This document shows, piece by piece, positions 26,848-35,969 of a DNA stretch of 64,000 nt. A program made the translations under genes and the position numbers. How positions within the stretch are numbered: position 1 is the first letter of the stretch; every line of letters starts with the position of its first letter. This DNA is from Fimbriimonadales bacterium (GTDB taxonomy: Bacteria > Armatimonadota > Fimbriimonadia > Fimbriimonadales > JABRVX01). The notes beneath the pieces are model-generated. The model was not told where the DNA came from, made no database searches, and saw nothing but the letters and a program-made list of their open reading frames with translations. The stretch lies in the NCBI GenBank assembly GCA_045862955.1, contig BTVI01000003.1:40762-104761 (forward strand). The letters are read 5' to 3'.

Positions 26848-27437
26848 CATGCCTCGATGTTTGGGCTGCGGGTAGCGGCAGCCTTCCGCTCAAGACCATC
26901 CCCAGCAGCCGAACGTCGAGGCATCCAACTCGTCCATACCTCGGTGTTTCGGTTGCGGGTCGCGGCAACCTTCCGCTCAAGACCATCCCCAGCAGCCGAA
27001 CGTCGAGGCACAGACGGTGCGCGCCAACAGAAGCGCCGGCATGCGACCCCCACCCCAGCTTCGCAGACCCTCCCCCTTCCGCTTCGCTCCAAGGGGAGGG
27101 GTCGGGGCTCGCTACGGACCGTACCAGAGCACGCGCTGGCAAGCATCGCTGAACGCCAAGCGCTACCACCGGGGCTAGCCGATGCATTCGGTCCATGCCT
27201 CGATGTTTCGGTTGCGGGTCGCGGCAGCCTTCCGCTCAAGACCATCCCCAGCAGCCGAACGTCGAGGCACAGACGGTGCGCGCCAGCCGAAGGGCCGGCA
27301 TGCGACCCCCACCCCAGCTTCGCAGACCCTCCCCCTTCCGCTTCGCTCCAAGGGGAGGGGTCGGGGCTTCCCTGCCTCGATGTTTCGGCTGCGGGTAGCG
27401 GCCCCATGCCTCTGCTGCAGGAGCAGCGGAGGCATGG
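26848..27437. repeat. Composite array of a second hairpin-repeat family (~75-nt inverted-repeat units; a 172-bp unit is duplicated at 26935-27107 and 27194-27366)
   Basis: Unit: catgcctcgatgtttcggytgcgggt...ccagcagccgaacgtcgaggca, with self-complementary ends. It is followed by the hairpin ccctcccccttcc...ggaaggggaggg. A partial fourth unit lies at 27367-27437. Confidence 0.85.
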
Positions 27438-27839
27438 AGCAGTCGGCCACACGACCAACTGCAGCCTCCACGGCGAGAATGGCGAAAGCGCGCGAACAGC
27501 ACCCGACGGCCACTCTTTTCCTAGGCCTTTTCGGGACTTTATCGCGCGAGCCTATTGACACCTTGCAGAAAACCGATCATAGTGTAAGCGGTTCCGGGAA
27601 TGACCGGCCCAATCTCACCAGGAGGAGCAGATCGAATGACCAACCGCATCCGTCAGTATCTGCGGTCCCTCGCGCTGGCTAACAGCGAGGGGCTCCTGGG
27701 CGTCAATGCGTCTGCCTGGAGGAGGGTGTTGTAGGGCTTACAGCCACCAGGACGCAGCGACGCCACGGGAGCCGGAAACCCGTGGCGTTTTCTATTGTGT
27801 GTTGCGCGGCAGACGGCCTTGGGCCGTGAGGAGAAAGAA

Positions 27840-28739
27840 GTGGATGTGCTGACCAAACCGACGAGCGAGAACCCGACGTCATCGCCCCCTGAGCCGGCGG
27901 CGATCCGCGTGGATCACGTCACCAAGACCTTCATGGAAGGCGAAGGGGACGAGGAGCGACTCGTAGACTGGCGGCGGTTCCTGCCCAACCTAGGGCAGAA
28001 GCGCAAGATCAAGAAGGCCGTGGACGACGTGTCGTTCGAAGTGCGGCCCGGAGGCATCTTCGGTGTGCTGGGACCGAACGGCTCGGGGAAATCCACCCTG
28101 ATCCGCATGCTTACAACACTTCTGCTACCCGACGCGGGCCGCCTGGAAGTGTTCGGGGTGGACGTAGTGCGGCGACCGCTCGAGGTGCGCCGGATGATCA
28201 ACCGAGTGTCGGTGGAAGCGAGCTTCTTCAAGTCGCTGTCTACGGCGGAGAACCTGTTGCACGGAGCGAGGCTGTACGGCCTGGACATCATCGAGTCCAA
28301 GAACCGGGCGCTGGACGCGCTGAAGAGGCTCGGCTTCGAGATGGACCGACTTGACAAGCCTGTGATGCATCTCTCGCGCGGCCAACAGCAAAAAGTGGCA
28401 ATCGCCCGGGCGTTCATCACCCGGCCGCAGGTTTTGCTCCTCGACGAGCCCACGACCGGCCTGGACCCGCGGTCGAAGAAAGAGGTCCAGACGTTTCTAA
28501 CCGAGATGCGGGCGGAGCAAAGCACCACGGTGCTACTGACCACCCACGACATGAAGGAAGCAGAAGATCTGTGCGAGCAGATCGCCATCATGAGCCGCGG
28601 CAAGGTGGTCGCGATTGACACCGCGGAGGGCTTGAAGGCCCGAGTGCGCACCGACGGCACCGCCACGATGGAAGACGTGTTCATGGAACTGACCGGAAAG
28701 AAGTTCGAGGAGGAAGAATGGAACATCAAGGAGACGTGA
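27840..28739 (+). CDS. ABC transporter ATP-binding protein (DrrA-like, ABC-2 exporter type)
   Basis: It has Walker A GPNGSGKST, signature LSRGQQQK and Walker B LLLDEPT. The start is ambiguous; I chose GTG 27840 after GAGGAG, while the ORF opens at 27795. Confidence 0.85.
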   Translation: MDVLTKPTSENPTSSPPEPAAIRVDHVTKTFMEGEGDEERLVDWRRFLPNLGQKRKIKKAVDDVSFEVRPGGIFGVLGPNGSGKSTLIRMLTTLLLPDAGRLEVFGVDVVRRPLEVRRMINRVSVEASFFKSLSTAENLLHGARLYGLDIIESKNRALDALKRLGFEMDRLDKPVMHLSRGQQQKVAIARAFITRPQVLLLDEPTTGLDPRSKKEVQTFLTEMRAEQSTTVLLTTHDMKEAEDLCEQIAIMSRGKVVAIDTAEGLKARVRTDGTATMEDVFMELTGKKFEEEEWNIKET

Positions 28740-29308
28740 TCGAGGGAGAACTCGTGAACCTCCGCCGCACCGAGGAGCGGGACCTGCCGTTTCTTCAGGC
28801 GCTGTGGAACGACGGGCGCACGATGGCATCGGTTGGCTACCCGTTCGGTCTCGACATTACGGCGGAGGAAATGCGGCGATGGTGGGTCCGCAACGAGATG
28901 CGCAGCGAAAACGCCCGTTACGGACTCACCGATGACCTCGGACATCGTATCGTAGAGACGAAGCTCGGCCTCCCCGTCGGGGAGTCCGGCTTCAGCCAGC
29001 CTCCTAGCGGCGGTATGGCGACTCTGGAACTAAAGATCCAGGCAGACCACTGGGGCTCGGGCTACGGTAGCGATGCGTTGCGCGCTCTGATCCGCCACAC
29101 GTTCGACCACACGAATCTGGATCTCGTGGTTGTCGAGCCCGCGCTAGATAACCACCGGGCCAGGACGCTATATGCGAAGCTCGGTTTCGAGCCCAGCCCA
29201 CGGCTGGTGCTGCCAGGTCGAGAGAACCGCGGGCTGTTCATGGCGCTCAGCCGAGCCAGGTACCGCGAGGCTCAACGACCTCAGCCAGTGTTTTCGGGAG
29301 CGGGGTAA
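28718..29308 (+). CDS. GNAT family N-acetyltransferase (RimJ/RimL-like)
   Basis: The 196-aa product has the acetyl-CoA loop WGSGYGSDALRALI. GAGGAGGAAG precedes ATG 28718. It overlaps the end of the ATPase gene. Confidence 0.75.
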   Translation: MEHQGDVIEGELVNLRRTEERDLPFLQALWNDGRTMASVGYPFGLDITAEEMRRWWVRNEMRSENARYGLTDDLGHRIVETKLGLPVGESGFSQPPSGGMATLELKIQADHWGSGYGSDALRALIRHTFDHTNLDLVVVEPALDNHRARTLYAKLGFEPSPRLVLPGRENRGLFMALSRARYREAQRPQPVFSGAG

Positions 29309-29338
29309 CCCGCTCCCGTTCCGTTCAGGAGGACTGTC

Positions 29339-30508
29339 GTGACGATCCAACCTATTCGCGAAGAACACGTCGAGCCGGTGCAGCTCCTGTGGGATTTCTG
29401 CTTCAACCGCGGCGAGCGAGGCCCGCGCTTGGCTTTCGAGCAGCTATCGCACGACCGCGTGGAGACCTTCGTGGTGGCGGACGATGGAGGCTTGCAGAGT
29501 GCCTACCTCTCCATCCACTTCGATATGTCGTACGACGCGCATCGGCTGCCCATGAGTGGCATTGCGGGTGTGGCGGTGGCACCCGCGGCGCGTGGACGCG
29601 GCTATGCCCATCGCATGATGCAGCACGCCGTGATGCGCGCTAGGGAGCGCGGTATGCCTGTCAGTATGCTGTGGGCATTCAGTCTCGACTTCTATCGCGA
29701 GTTAGGGTGGGAATTGGTAGGACGCATCTACCAGTTCGAGCTACCTATCAGGGAGATACGACTCGGCGCGGAGTCGCAGCATGTGCGACAGGTGGAGCCG
29801 AACGCGTCCGACGCGATTATGACGCTCCAGAGGACGTATGCGGCTCGCTATCGCGGTGCCTGTGAGCGTGCCCAACGAAGATGGGAGCACCTGCTACGAG
29901 AGAGGGACCGGCCTATCAACATGTTCGTGTACGAGGGAGCGAGCGGACCGGAGGGCTACATGTACTATTGCCTACCACCGGTGGGAGAAGACAGGATGAC
30001 ACTGACCGAGCTGGTCGCGCTAACACCCGAGGCGCACCGAGGGCTGTTAGGCTCGATCCGACGATTGGAGATGCAGGTCGAGCACGCCCAGTGGCGCGGG
30101 CCTGCCGACGACTGGGTGCTGGTCGAACCGTACGATTCTTGCCTGCAAGTTTCGGTCTTGCGTCAGCCGATGCTGCGAGTGGTGGATCCCGGTGCGTTGT
30201 TGGCGCTGCAGTGCCGAGAGGATGTCTCGACAGACTACACGCTGCGCGTCGAGGAAGCCGAATGGGCCGGCGGTCCGACAGGCTATCGGGTGCACGTCCG
30301 TGCCGGTGTATCGGAGGTGACCCCTTGCGCGCCTGAGGATTGTGCGCTCGGCATGACGCAGCGCACGTTCGCGCAGTGCTTCATGGGTGATCCCGACGCG
30401 AGCGTGCTACGACGTGCGGGACACATCGAGGTGCGAGACGAGGCGGCTTTTCACGCGTTCCGCCAGCACTTCCCGCCCGCTGTACCCTATGCGACCGAGT
30501 CGTTCTAA
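29339..30508 (+). CDS. Eis-like GNAT acetyltransferase (GNAT plus C-terminal SCP2-like region)
   Basis: The 389-aa product contains GIAGVAVAPAARGRGYAHRMM...GMPVSMLW. Its length and layout resemble enhanced-intracellular-survival (Eis) type acetyltransferases. GTG follows AGGAGG. Confidence 0.65.
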   Translation: MTIQPIREEHVEPVQLLWDFCFNRGERGPRLAFEQLSHDRVETFVVADDGGLQSAYLSIHFDMSYDAHRLPMSGIAGVAVAPAARGRGYAHRMMQHAVMRARERGMPVSMLWAFSLDFYRELGWELVGRIYQFELPIREIRLGAESQHVRQVEPNASDAIMTLQRTYAARYRGACERAQRRWEHLLRERDRPINMFVYEGASGPEGYMYYCLPPVGEDRMTLTELVALTPEAHRGLLGSIRRLEMQVEHAQWRGPADDWVLVEPYDSCLQVSVLRQPMLRVVDPGALLALQCREDVSTDYTLRVEEAEWAGGPTGYRVHVRAGVSEVTPCAPEDCALGMTQRTFAQCFMGDPDASVLRRAGHIEVRDEAAFHAFRQHFPPAVPYATESF

Positions 30509-30526
30509 AGAAGGAAGATTGGAATC

Positions 30527-31360
30527 ATGGCATCGCCTGCGATACTCTCGACGCGTGCGGCACTAAGCTTCACCGAGCGCCAGTTCATGCTGATCAAGCG
30601 GTACTGGGGCTGGGAGGCCATGTTCTTGGTGTACACGCTGTGCAGCACGTTGGCCATCGGATACCTAGCTGCGGGACTGACGGCGCAGGGCACCGTGCAA
30701 GATGTGGGGGCGCAGCAACGGATCACCATCTATCTCTTGGTCGGGACCCTCCTATGGGGCTACCTTTCCACCTTGTTTTGGGAGCTCAGCGCAATCATGG
30801 GTTGGGAGCGTTGGGAGGGTACCATCGAGTACACCTTCATGGCGCCCGTCCCACGCTTTGCACACCTGTTCGGCATGTGTATCTATGCGATTCTCTACGC
30901 ACTGGCTCGAACGGGAGCCACTCTGCTCATCGTGGTGCTGATGTTCACACTGGCGTTTCAGAATGCTAACTGGATTGGCGCGCTGAGCGTTCTGCTCGTC
31001 GGTACCGTGTCGTTCGTCGGCATCGGGATTCTGGTAGCAATCCTGCCGCTTCTCGCACCAGAGAAGGGTCAGATGATTGCGGGAGCCATCGAAGGCATCA
31101 TGCTACTGATATCGGGTGTGTACTACCCGATCGAAGTGCTGCCAACGTGGATGCAGTGGGCAGCCCGCCTCTCGCCTGCCACATATACACTGCACGGGAT
31201 CCGCGCCTCGCTGGTAGAGGGAGCAGGCTTCTCGGCGCTAACGAACGACCTGTTGGTTCTCGGCGTGATGGGTGTGGTGGCGGTGCCGCTCGGCATGTGG
31301 CTGTTCGGTGTTGCCGAGAACTACTGCAAGCGTACCGGGCGACTTAAGCGCAGCGGGTAG
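30527..31360 (+). CDS. ABC-2 type transporter permease (DrrB-like)
   Basis: The 277-aa product has six hydrophobic segments. It is the last gene in the same-strand cluster headed by the ATPase. Confidence 0.8.
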   Translation: MASPAILSTRAALSFTERQFMLIKRYWGWEAMFLVYTLCSTLAIGYLAAGLTAQGTVQDVGAQQRITIYLLVGTLLWGYLSTLFWELSAIMGWERWEGTIEYTFMAPVPRFAHLFGMCIYAILYALARTGATLLIVVLMFTLAFQNANWIGALSVLLVGTVSFVGIGILVAILPLLAPEKGQMIAGAIEGIMLLISGVYYPIEVLPTWMQWAARLSPATYTLHGIRASLVEGAGFSALTNDLLVLGVMGVVAVPLGMWLFGVAENYCKRTGRLKRSG

Positions 31361-31429
31361 GGGGGCTCCTTCCTGCCAGGCGCGGCCACATGTGTCATGC
31401 CGAGTGCGGTGCAGACGAGCCACGGAGTA

Positions 31430-31534
31430 CGTCATGCTGAGCTTGTCGAAGCATGACGCCGAGAGCCGCATGGTAACAACTAGAGATGCAATGGTAGCGG
31501 CATCCGCCGTCATGCTTCGACAAGCTCAGCATGA
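31430..31534. repeat. REP/MITE-like hairpin element (inverted core pair 31430-31456 / 31508-31534)
   Basis: It has the same core as 15204 (GTCATGCTGAGCtTGTCGAAGCATGAC) and its reverse complement, separated by ~50 nt that contain ccgcatggta. Confidence 0.85.
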
Positions 31535-31596
31535 CGTGCCTGATCCTGCGCATGACGTGCCTGATCCTGCGCATGACGTGCCTAATCCTGCGCATG
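31529..31596. repeat. Tandem repeat, 21-nt unit (catgacgtgcctgatcctgcg) x 3 plus a partial unit
   Basis: Units lie at 31529-31549, 31550-31570 and 31571-31591. The first unit overlaps the REP terminus. Confidence 0.9.
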
Positions 31597-31648
31597 AAGG
31601 TGGCAACTACCTTAGCATGGAGGTGGCAACCAAGCAATCAGGCGCACG

Positions 31649-34600
31649 CTACCACTCCAGTGACACAGACAGGAACGTACCAGCCGGGACGCTAACAGGT
31701 TGCTCCAGCGTTACCGAGGCCAAGCCAGTAGCCGTGCGACCGAGAGTCGCCTTCACCACCTTGCCACTGTGCCGAACCACGCACGATTTCGGCGCGACGG
31801 GTGTCTGCAGCTCCAATCGTGCCACACGCACGGTGCCGTACTTCACGCGCAGCAGATCGGTCTGCCGCCGGCCTTCGCGGGTCTGGTCGAGAGCCCCCCA
31901 ACCCTGTGCTCCCGCGAAGAACGATCGATGCCTTTCTGGTGAAACCGTAGGTGCGAAGCGGATCAGGCCACGCGGTCCATCGTAGAACAGCCCCTGGGCA
32001 CCTGTCAGCACGCTCCAACTGCTCATCGCTCTGGCGTAGTGGTCCCCGCACTCGATCTCGTTCCATGGGCTACGCTCGATGGGCGGTCGCCGCCGACCGT
32101 CATAGCGGTCGTCGATCGCTTTCACGATGCGGTAGGCATCCTCGATCCTGCCACGTCGCAGCAGCATCCCGGCGATCTCGTATTCCAATCCAGTCCACAC
32201 CTCGTCGCTATACAACGTTGCCCGCGGCGGACGTCCGCCGTTCGGCCAGGTGCAGCAGAGCAAACCCCTGTCACCCGCTCCCGCGAAGTACCTCTGCTGA
32301 GGTACCTCCGCAAAGTCCTCGCGCCAGTTGTACTTGAGAATGGATGACAGTGTCGTACTAACTCTATCAGATGGCAGCAGACTTCCCAGCGAAAGGATGT
32401 CCGCCCACCACTGACCGAGTAGCTGATCCGTGTGGCAGCCGGGTCCATAGGGCAGGTCCACGTCGGGGTTGTGCTCGGGCCAGTCCTCCAGCAGCCACGT
32501 AGGCATCCCGTCCTTCTTTTGGTGCAGATGCACGTAGAACTCTCCGTTCCAAAGCACCTCGTCCAGGCGCTTCGATCCGCTCAGGTAGAGACCGCGATAC
32601 AGCTCGGCAGCCTGCCTGTCTCCGTTCAGCAACGCCATCTCCTCGCCGGCCCGCAACGCCGCCAGGTAGAGCGTGCCGATGAACGTGTTCGGCCCGTACA
32701 TGGCAGCATCATAGGTGTTCCACTGCTCATTGACCAGAACGCCATCCTTGTTCGGGTCCCAATCACGTATCACGAACTCCAGCGCCTTCTTGACTTTGGG
32801 CCACCATTCGCGTAGCCACTTGTCATCCTTCGAGTACAGGTGTTCACGGTATGCCTTTAGGATGGTGCCGAGCTGTCCGTCCACGAATGCGCCATGAGCT
32901 CGGGGTGCGCTGAGCGGCAAGGCCGTGCGATGTCTGACCGCACCATTCTCCATCATCTGCACACCGAGGTCGGTCTCCCGCATAATGCGTTCCAACTGAG
33001 GGAACAGCGCCGCGATCGTCTGCTCATAGTTGAACACGTGCGTGCAGTTCATTGGGCAGCAACCCGCACCCTCGAAAGCCGCGAACGTGCCGTCCTCCAA
33101 CCATAATACGCTCTGTGATGTCAGCGTGCTCGCCTGCGACGACACGCGCCGTACCAGCCAGTAGGGAAGGGTGGAGTCGTAAAAGGTGTCACGAAACAAC
33201 GTGGTCTCGTAGCGAAGCCGGCGGAAGTTCGCGGCGACGTATTGCGCAGCGGCCTGCGAGTCGCGGAACCACTTGGAGTACACATGCCCGAGACGGTACC
33301 TTGCTAGGTTGCGATCGTAGGTGGCATAGTGGTTCGGAAAGCTCCACGAGATGATGAATGGCACTTCACGCGTCTCGCCGGGCTTAAGACGGAACCGTGA
33401 TACCACCGCTCCGTTGTACGTAGTGCCTGGGGCACTCGGCTGTGACTTCGGAAAGCCGGCTACGGCTCTGCCCGATGAGAATAACCCCCACAAACCGGCA
33501 GGATCCGTCCAAGCGGCACGCGCGTCCGCCGATCCGTCCAACACGCTTAGGGTCATCGAACCGAACTGCGCAGCTTGCTCCGACAGCGTCGGCAGTGTCA
33601 TATGCACTGCGGTGCATCCCGGCACACGCACTACCTCATTGACATTCCCTCCGTATCCGGCGAAACGCACCCCTTCGATGACACCCACTCCATCGTAGTT
33701 CACCGCATTCTGCAGAGTGCCCATTAGCGCGACGTCCCTCTGTGTCTTGCCCGGGTTGTGCACGCGAAACACATACACGATTGCCGGAAGGCCGGAGTCC
33801 TTCGCGTTGGCAGGAACGAAGGGCGAGAAGGCCTGAAGCTCGACCCGCACAGGCAGCTTCGAATCCGAGTAGCGCAGCTCGGCAATAGGGAATTCGCCGA
33901 AGTATTCGATATCGTCGACCCCAGGCAGGCCGTACTCGGGCTCCTTTGCTAGCACCGAGGCTCTGCCGGGAGTCCAAATAACGAACATCTGCCCAGGCAC
34001 CACGCAACGTGCATTCACTTTGTTGAATATCTGCCACTTGCGCAGCTTGCCATCGCCGCACAGCGCAATGTTGCCTGCTCCAATACCGCCCATTGGCATG
34101 GAGAGGTCCGCTAGGTGCTCGCCCCGGTAGGGCTGACGCGTCGCAGGCTTTAGTAGAGAGTCGTACCACGCCTTGCGGTCGGCCTCTGCTTTCCGAATCG
34201 CTTGCTCTCGCGCACGGATCTCGGCCGGCGTCATCTCGCCCAGGTCGTCCACATTGATATGGCCCCATCCGCTCGTCGCCGTGTCTACCACCAGAAAGTA
34301 CACGTCCTCACCGACGTACTCGGACACGTCCCAGTACTTGCGCACCATCGCCTCGGCGTTTCGCCCAGTCTCGCGATACAGCGCTCTGCCGTCGCTCGCG
34401 CGCACTAACACCACGTAGGTGCGATCGGGATCGTTTCCGCCTCCGACTAACAGCGTAATCCACGGCGAACGTATGCGAAAGGTCGGTGACTGGAGGCTGC
34501 CGGTCGCAGCATCGCCCTTGCTCTCGTAGGTGCCGATGAAGTACGTACCCTGCTTGTTGAAGTTGCCGCCGTGCCGATCGTTGTCGGTGGACGCAGGCTG

Positions 34601-34768
34601 CTTGCCCAGATCGCCCACTACGGCTGTCCAGCCCTGTAGCGTACCGTCTTCGAAGTCGAAGCGTGTGAGCTGCTGCGGTATCCTCGTCGCGGCCAGATAG
34701 GACAGTGACAACGCTATCGCAACCAGTCCTACCAACAGTCGAACCTTCATCACGCCTCCTCCTTGCAC
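31649..34768 (-). CDS. GH116 family beta-glucosidase / glucosylceramidase-like enzyme with an extra N-terminal lectin-like domain
   Basis: It has the GH116-N motif MPMGGIGAGNIALCGDGKLRKWQIFN, a nucleophile-region match VNEQWNTYDAAMYGPNTFIGTLYLAAL, and an acid/base-region match DEVWTGLEYEIA. The signal peptide is followed by a ~190-aa DFEDGTLQGW... domain. Confidence 0.8.
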   Translation of the reverse strand: MQGGGVMKVRLLVGLVAIALSLSYLAATRIPQQLTRFDFEDGTLQGWTAVVGDLGKQPASTDNDRHGGNFNKQGTYFIGTYESKGDAATGSLQSPTFRIRSPWITLLVGGGNDPDRTYVVLVRASDGRALYRETGRNAEAMVRKYWDVSEYVGEDVYFLVVDTATSGWGHINVDDLGEMTPAEIRAREQAIRKAEADRKAWYDSLLKPATRQPYRGEHLADLSMPMGGIGAGNIALCGDGKLRKWQIFNKVNARCVVPGQMFVIWTPGRASVLAKEPEYGLPGVDDIEYFGEFPIAELRYSDSKLPVRVELQAFSPFVPANAKDSGLPAIVYVFRVHNPGKTQRDVALMGTLQNAVNYDGVGVIEGVRFAGYGGNVNEVVRVPGCTAVHMTLPTLSEQAAQFGSMTLSVLDGSADARAAWTDPAGLWGLFSSGRAVAGFPKSQPSAPGTTYNGAVVSRFRLKPGETREVPFIISWSFPNHYATYDRNLARYRLGHVYSKWFRDSQAAAQYVAANFRRLRYETTLFRDTFYDSTLPYWLVRRVSSQASTLTSQSVLWLEDGTFAAFEGAGCCPMNCTHVFNYEQTIAALFPQLERIMRETDLGVQMMENGAVRHRTALPLSAPRAHGAFVDGQLGTILKAYREHLYSKDDKWLREWWPKVKKALEFVIRDWDPNKDGVLVNEQWNTYDAAMYGPNTFIGTLYLAALRAGEEMALLNGDRQAAELYRGLYLSGSKRLDEVLWNGEFYVHLHQKKDGMPTWLLEDWPEHNPDVDLPYGPGCHTDQLLGQWWADILSLGSLLPSDRVSTTLSSILKYNWREDFAEVPQQRYFAGAGDRGLLCCTWPNGGRPPRATLYSDEVWTGLEYEIAGMLLRRGRIEDAYRIVKAIDDRYDGRRRPPIERSPWNEIECGDHYARAMSSWSVLTGAQGLFYDGPRGLIRFAPTVSPERHRSFFAGAQGWGALDQTREGRRQTDLLRVKYGTVRVARLELQTPVAPKSCVVRHSGKVVKATLGRTATGLASVTLEQPVSVPAGTFLSVSLEW

Positions 34769-34852
34769 TCCGTGGCGATGGCAGAACTACTCATGCTACA
34801 CCCAACCGATTGCTCTGTCATTGCCTTCAAATCCAGGTCCGGCGGCCAAAGC

Positions 34853-34957
34853 GTCATGCTGAGCCTGTCGAAGCATGATCCCGTTAGCCGCACGCTATCG
34901 AGTTAGGATGCTACCATCGCGGTACCTGACCGCATGCTTCGATGGGCTCAGCATGAC
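34853..34957. repeat. REP/MITE-like hairpin element (inverted core pair 34853-34878 / 34933-34957)
   Basis: Same core family as the elements above. Confidence 0.85.
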
Positions 34958-34999
34958 GGGTCCTCGGCTATATCGAACGCGCAACCGATCAACGCAGCT

Positions 35000-35959
35000 C
35001 TACGGGATCTCCTCCCCGCCTGCCTCCACGTTCTCCTTCGTGTAAATCCGCGTCGGCAGCACCACCTTCTTCGGTGGCGTCGCCTTATCTCGCAGGATGC
35101 GGATCACCCAATCCACGGCTTCCTTGCCGCCGGTCGGATACAAGAAGGTGGCATCCAAGATCCCCTGCTTCACGTAGTTGATCCCTTCGTGCGGCAGCGC
35201 GTCGATGCCGATAAACTTCATCTCCTTCTCGCGTCCCTTCTGCTTGGCGGCCGTGTAGGCACCATGCGCGCTGGGATCGTTGTGACCGTATACGGCATCG
35301 ATCTTGTCGAACCGCGCTAGCGCGGAGTTCATCTCCGCCATTGCGCGTGTCTCCTGCCATCCGCAGTCCGGGTCGAACACCACTTTGATCTGCGAGCCCT
35401 TGATGCCTTCGATGAAGCCGTTATGGCGGTCCTTGCCCGGCTCGGAGGTCATCAGGCCCTTCAGCTCCACCACCGTGCCCTTGCCGCCCAGTACCTTCAC
35501 GAGATACTGCCCGGCAGCACGTCCGATCTTCACGTTGTCCGCGCCGATGAACATGGTGAAGTCCTCCCCGTTCACTGCGCGGTCCAAAACTATGACCGGA
35601 ATGCCCGACTTGTACGCCTCTGCCACGGGTGCCGTGAGCGGCTCGGTCTCCTTCGGGCTGATGATGATGGCGTCTACTCCCTGCTGCATGAACTCCTTCA
35701 CGTGCTGCTGTTGCACCTCGCTCTTGTTCTGTGCATCCTTGAAGATCACACGAAGCTCGGGGTACGCCTTCGCAGCCTCCTCCACGTCTTTGTTCATCTG
35801 CTGACGCCACGGCTCGCCGAGATTGCACTGGGACATGCCCACGACGAACTGCTTCTCTGCACCGTCGCCAGATGGCCCCCGACTCTCCTTGGCAGGCCCG
35901 CCACAGCCGGCCGACAACAGAACGAGCCCAACGAGCGGGGCTAGAGTCATCCTTCGCAT
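35000..35959 (-). CDS. Sugar ABC transporter substrate-binding lipoprotein (RbsB-like)
   Basis: It has a lipobox LLSAGC and the periplasmic-binding-protein type I pattern (VVGMSQCNLGEPWR..., IGIDALP). Confidence 0.8.
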   Translation of the reverse strand: MRRMTLAPLVGLVLLSAGCGGPAKESRGPSGDGAEKQFVVGMSQCNLGEPWRQQMNKDVEEAAKAYPELRVIFKDAQNKSEVQQQHVKEFMQQGVDAIIISPKETEPLTAPVAEAYKSGIPVIVLDRAVNGEDFTMFIGADNVKIGRAAGQYLVKVLGGKGTVVELKGLMTSEPGKDRHNGFIEGIKGSQIKVVFDPDCGWQETRAMAEMNSALARFDKIDAVYGHNDPSAHGAYTAAKQKGREKEMKFIGIDALPHEGINYVKQGILDATFLYPTGGKEAVDWVIRILRDKATPPKKVVLPTRIYTKENVEAGGEEIP

Positions 35960-35969
35960 AGCGTCCTCC

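Noticed and set aside
26848-27437. Possible CRISPR array, given the regularly recurring ~75-nt units downstream of acs
   Set aside because: The units are themselves long inverted repeats, their spacing is irregular, and the 'spacers' are duplicated along with the repeats as a 172-bp super-unit. No cas genes are present. The same reasoning applies to 15176-15977, where repeat orientation alternates.
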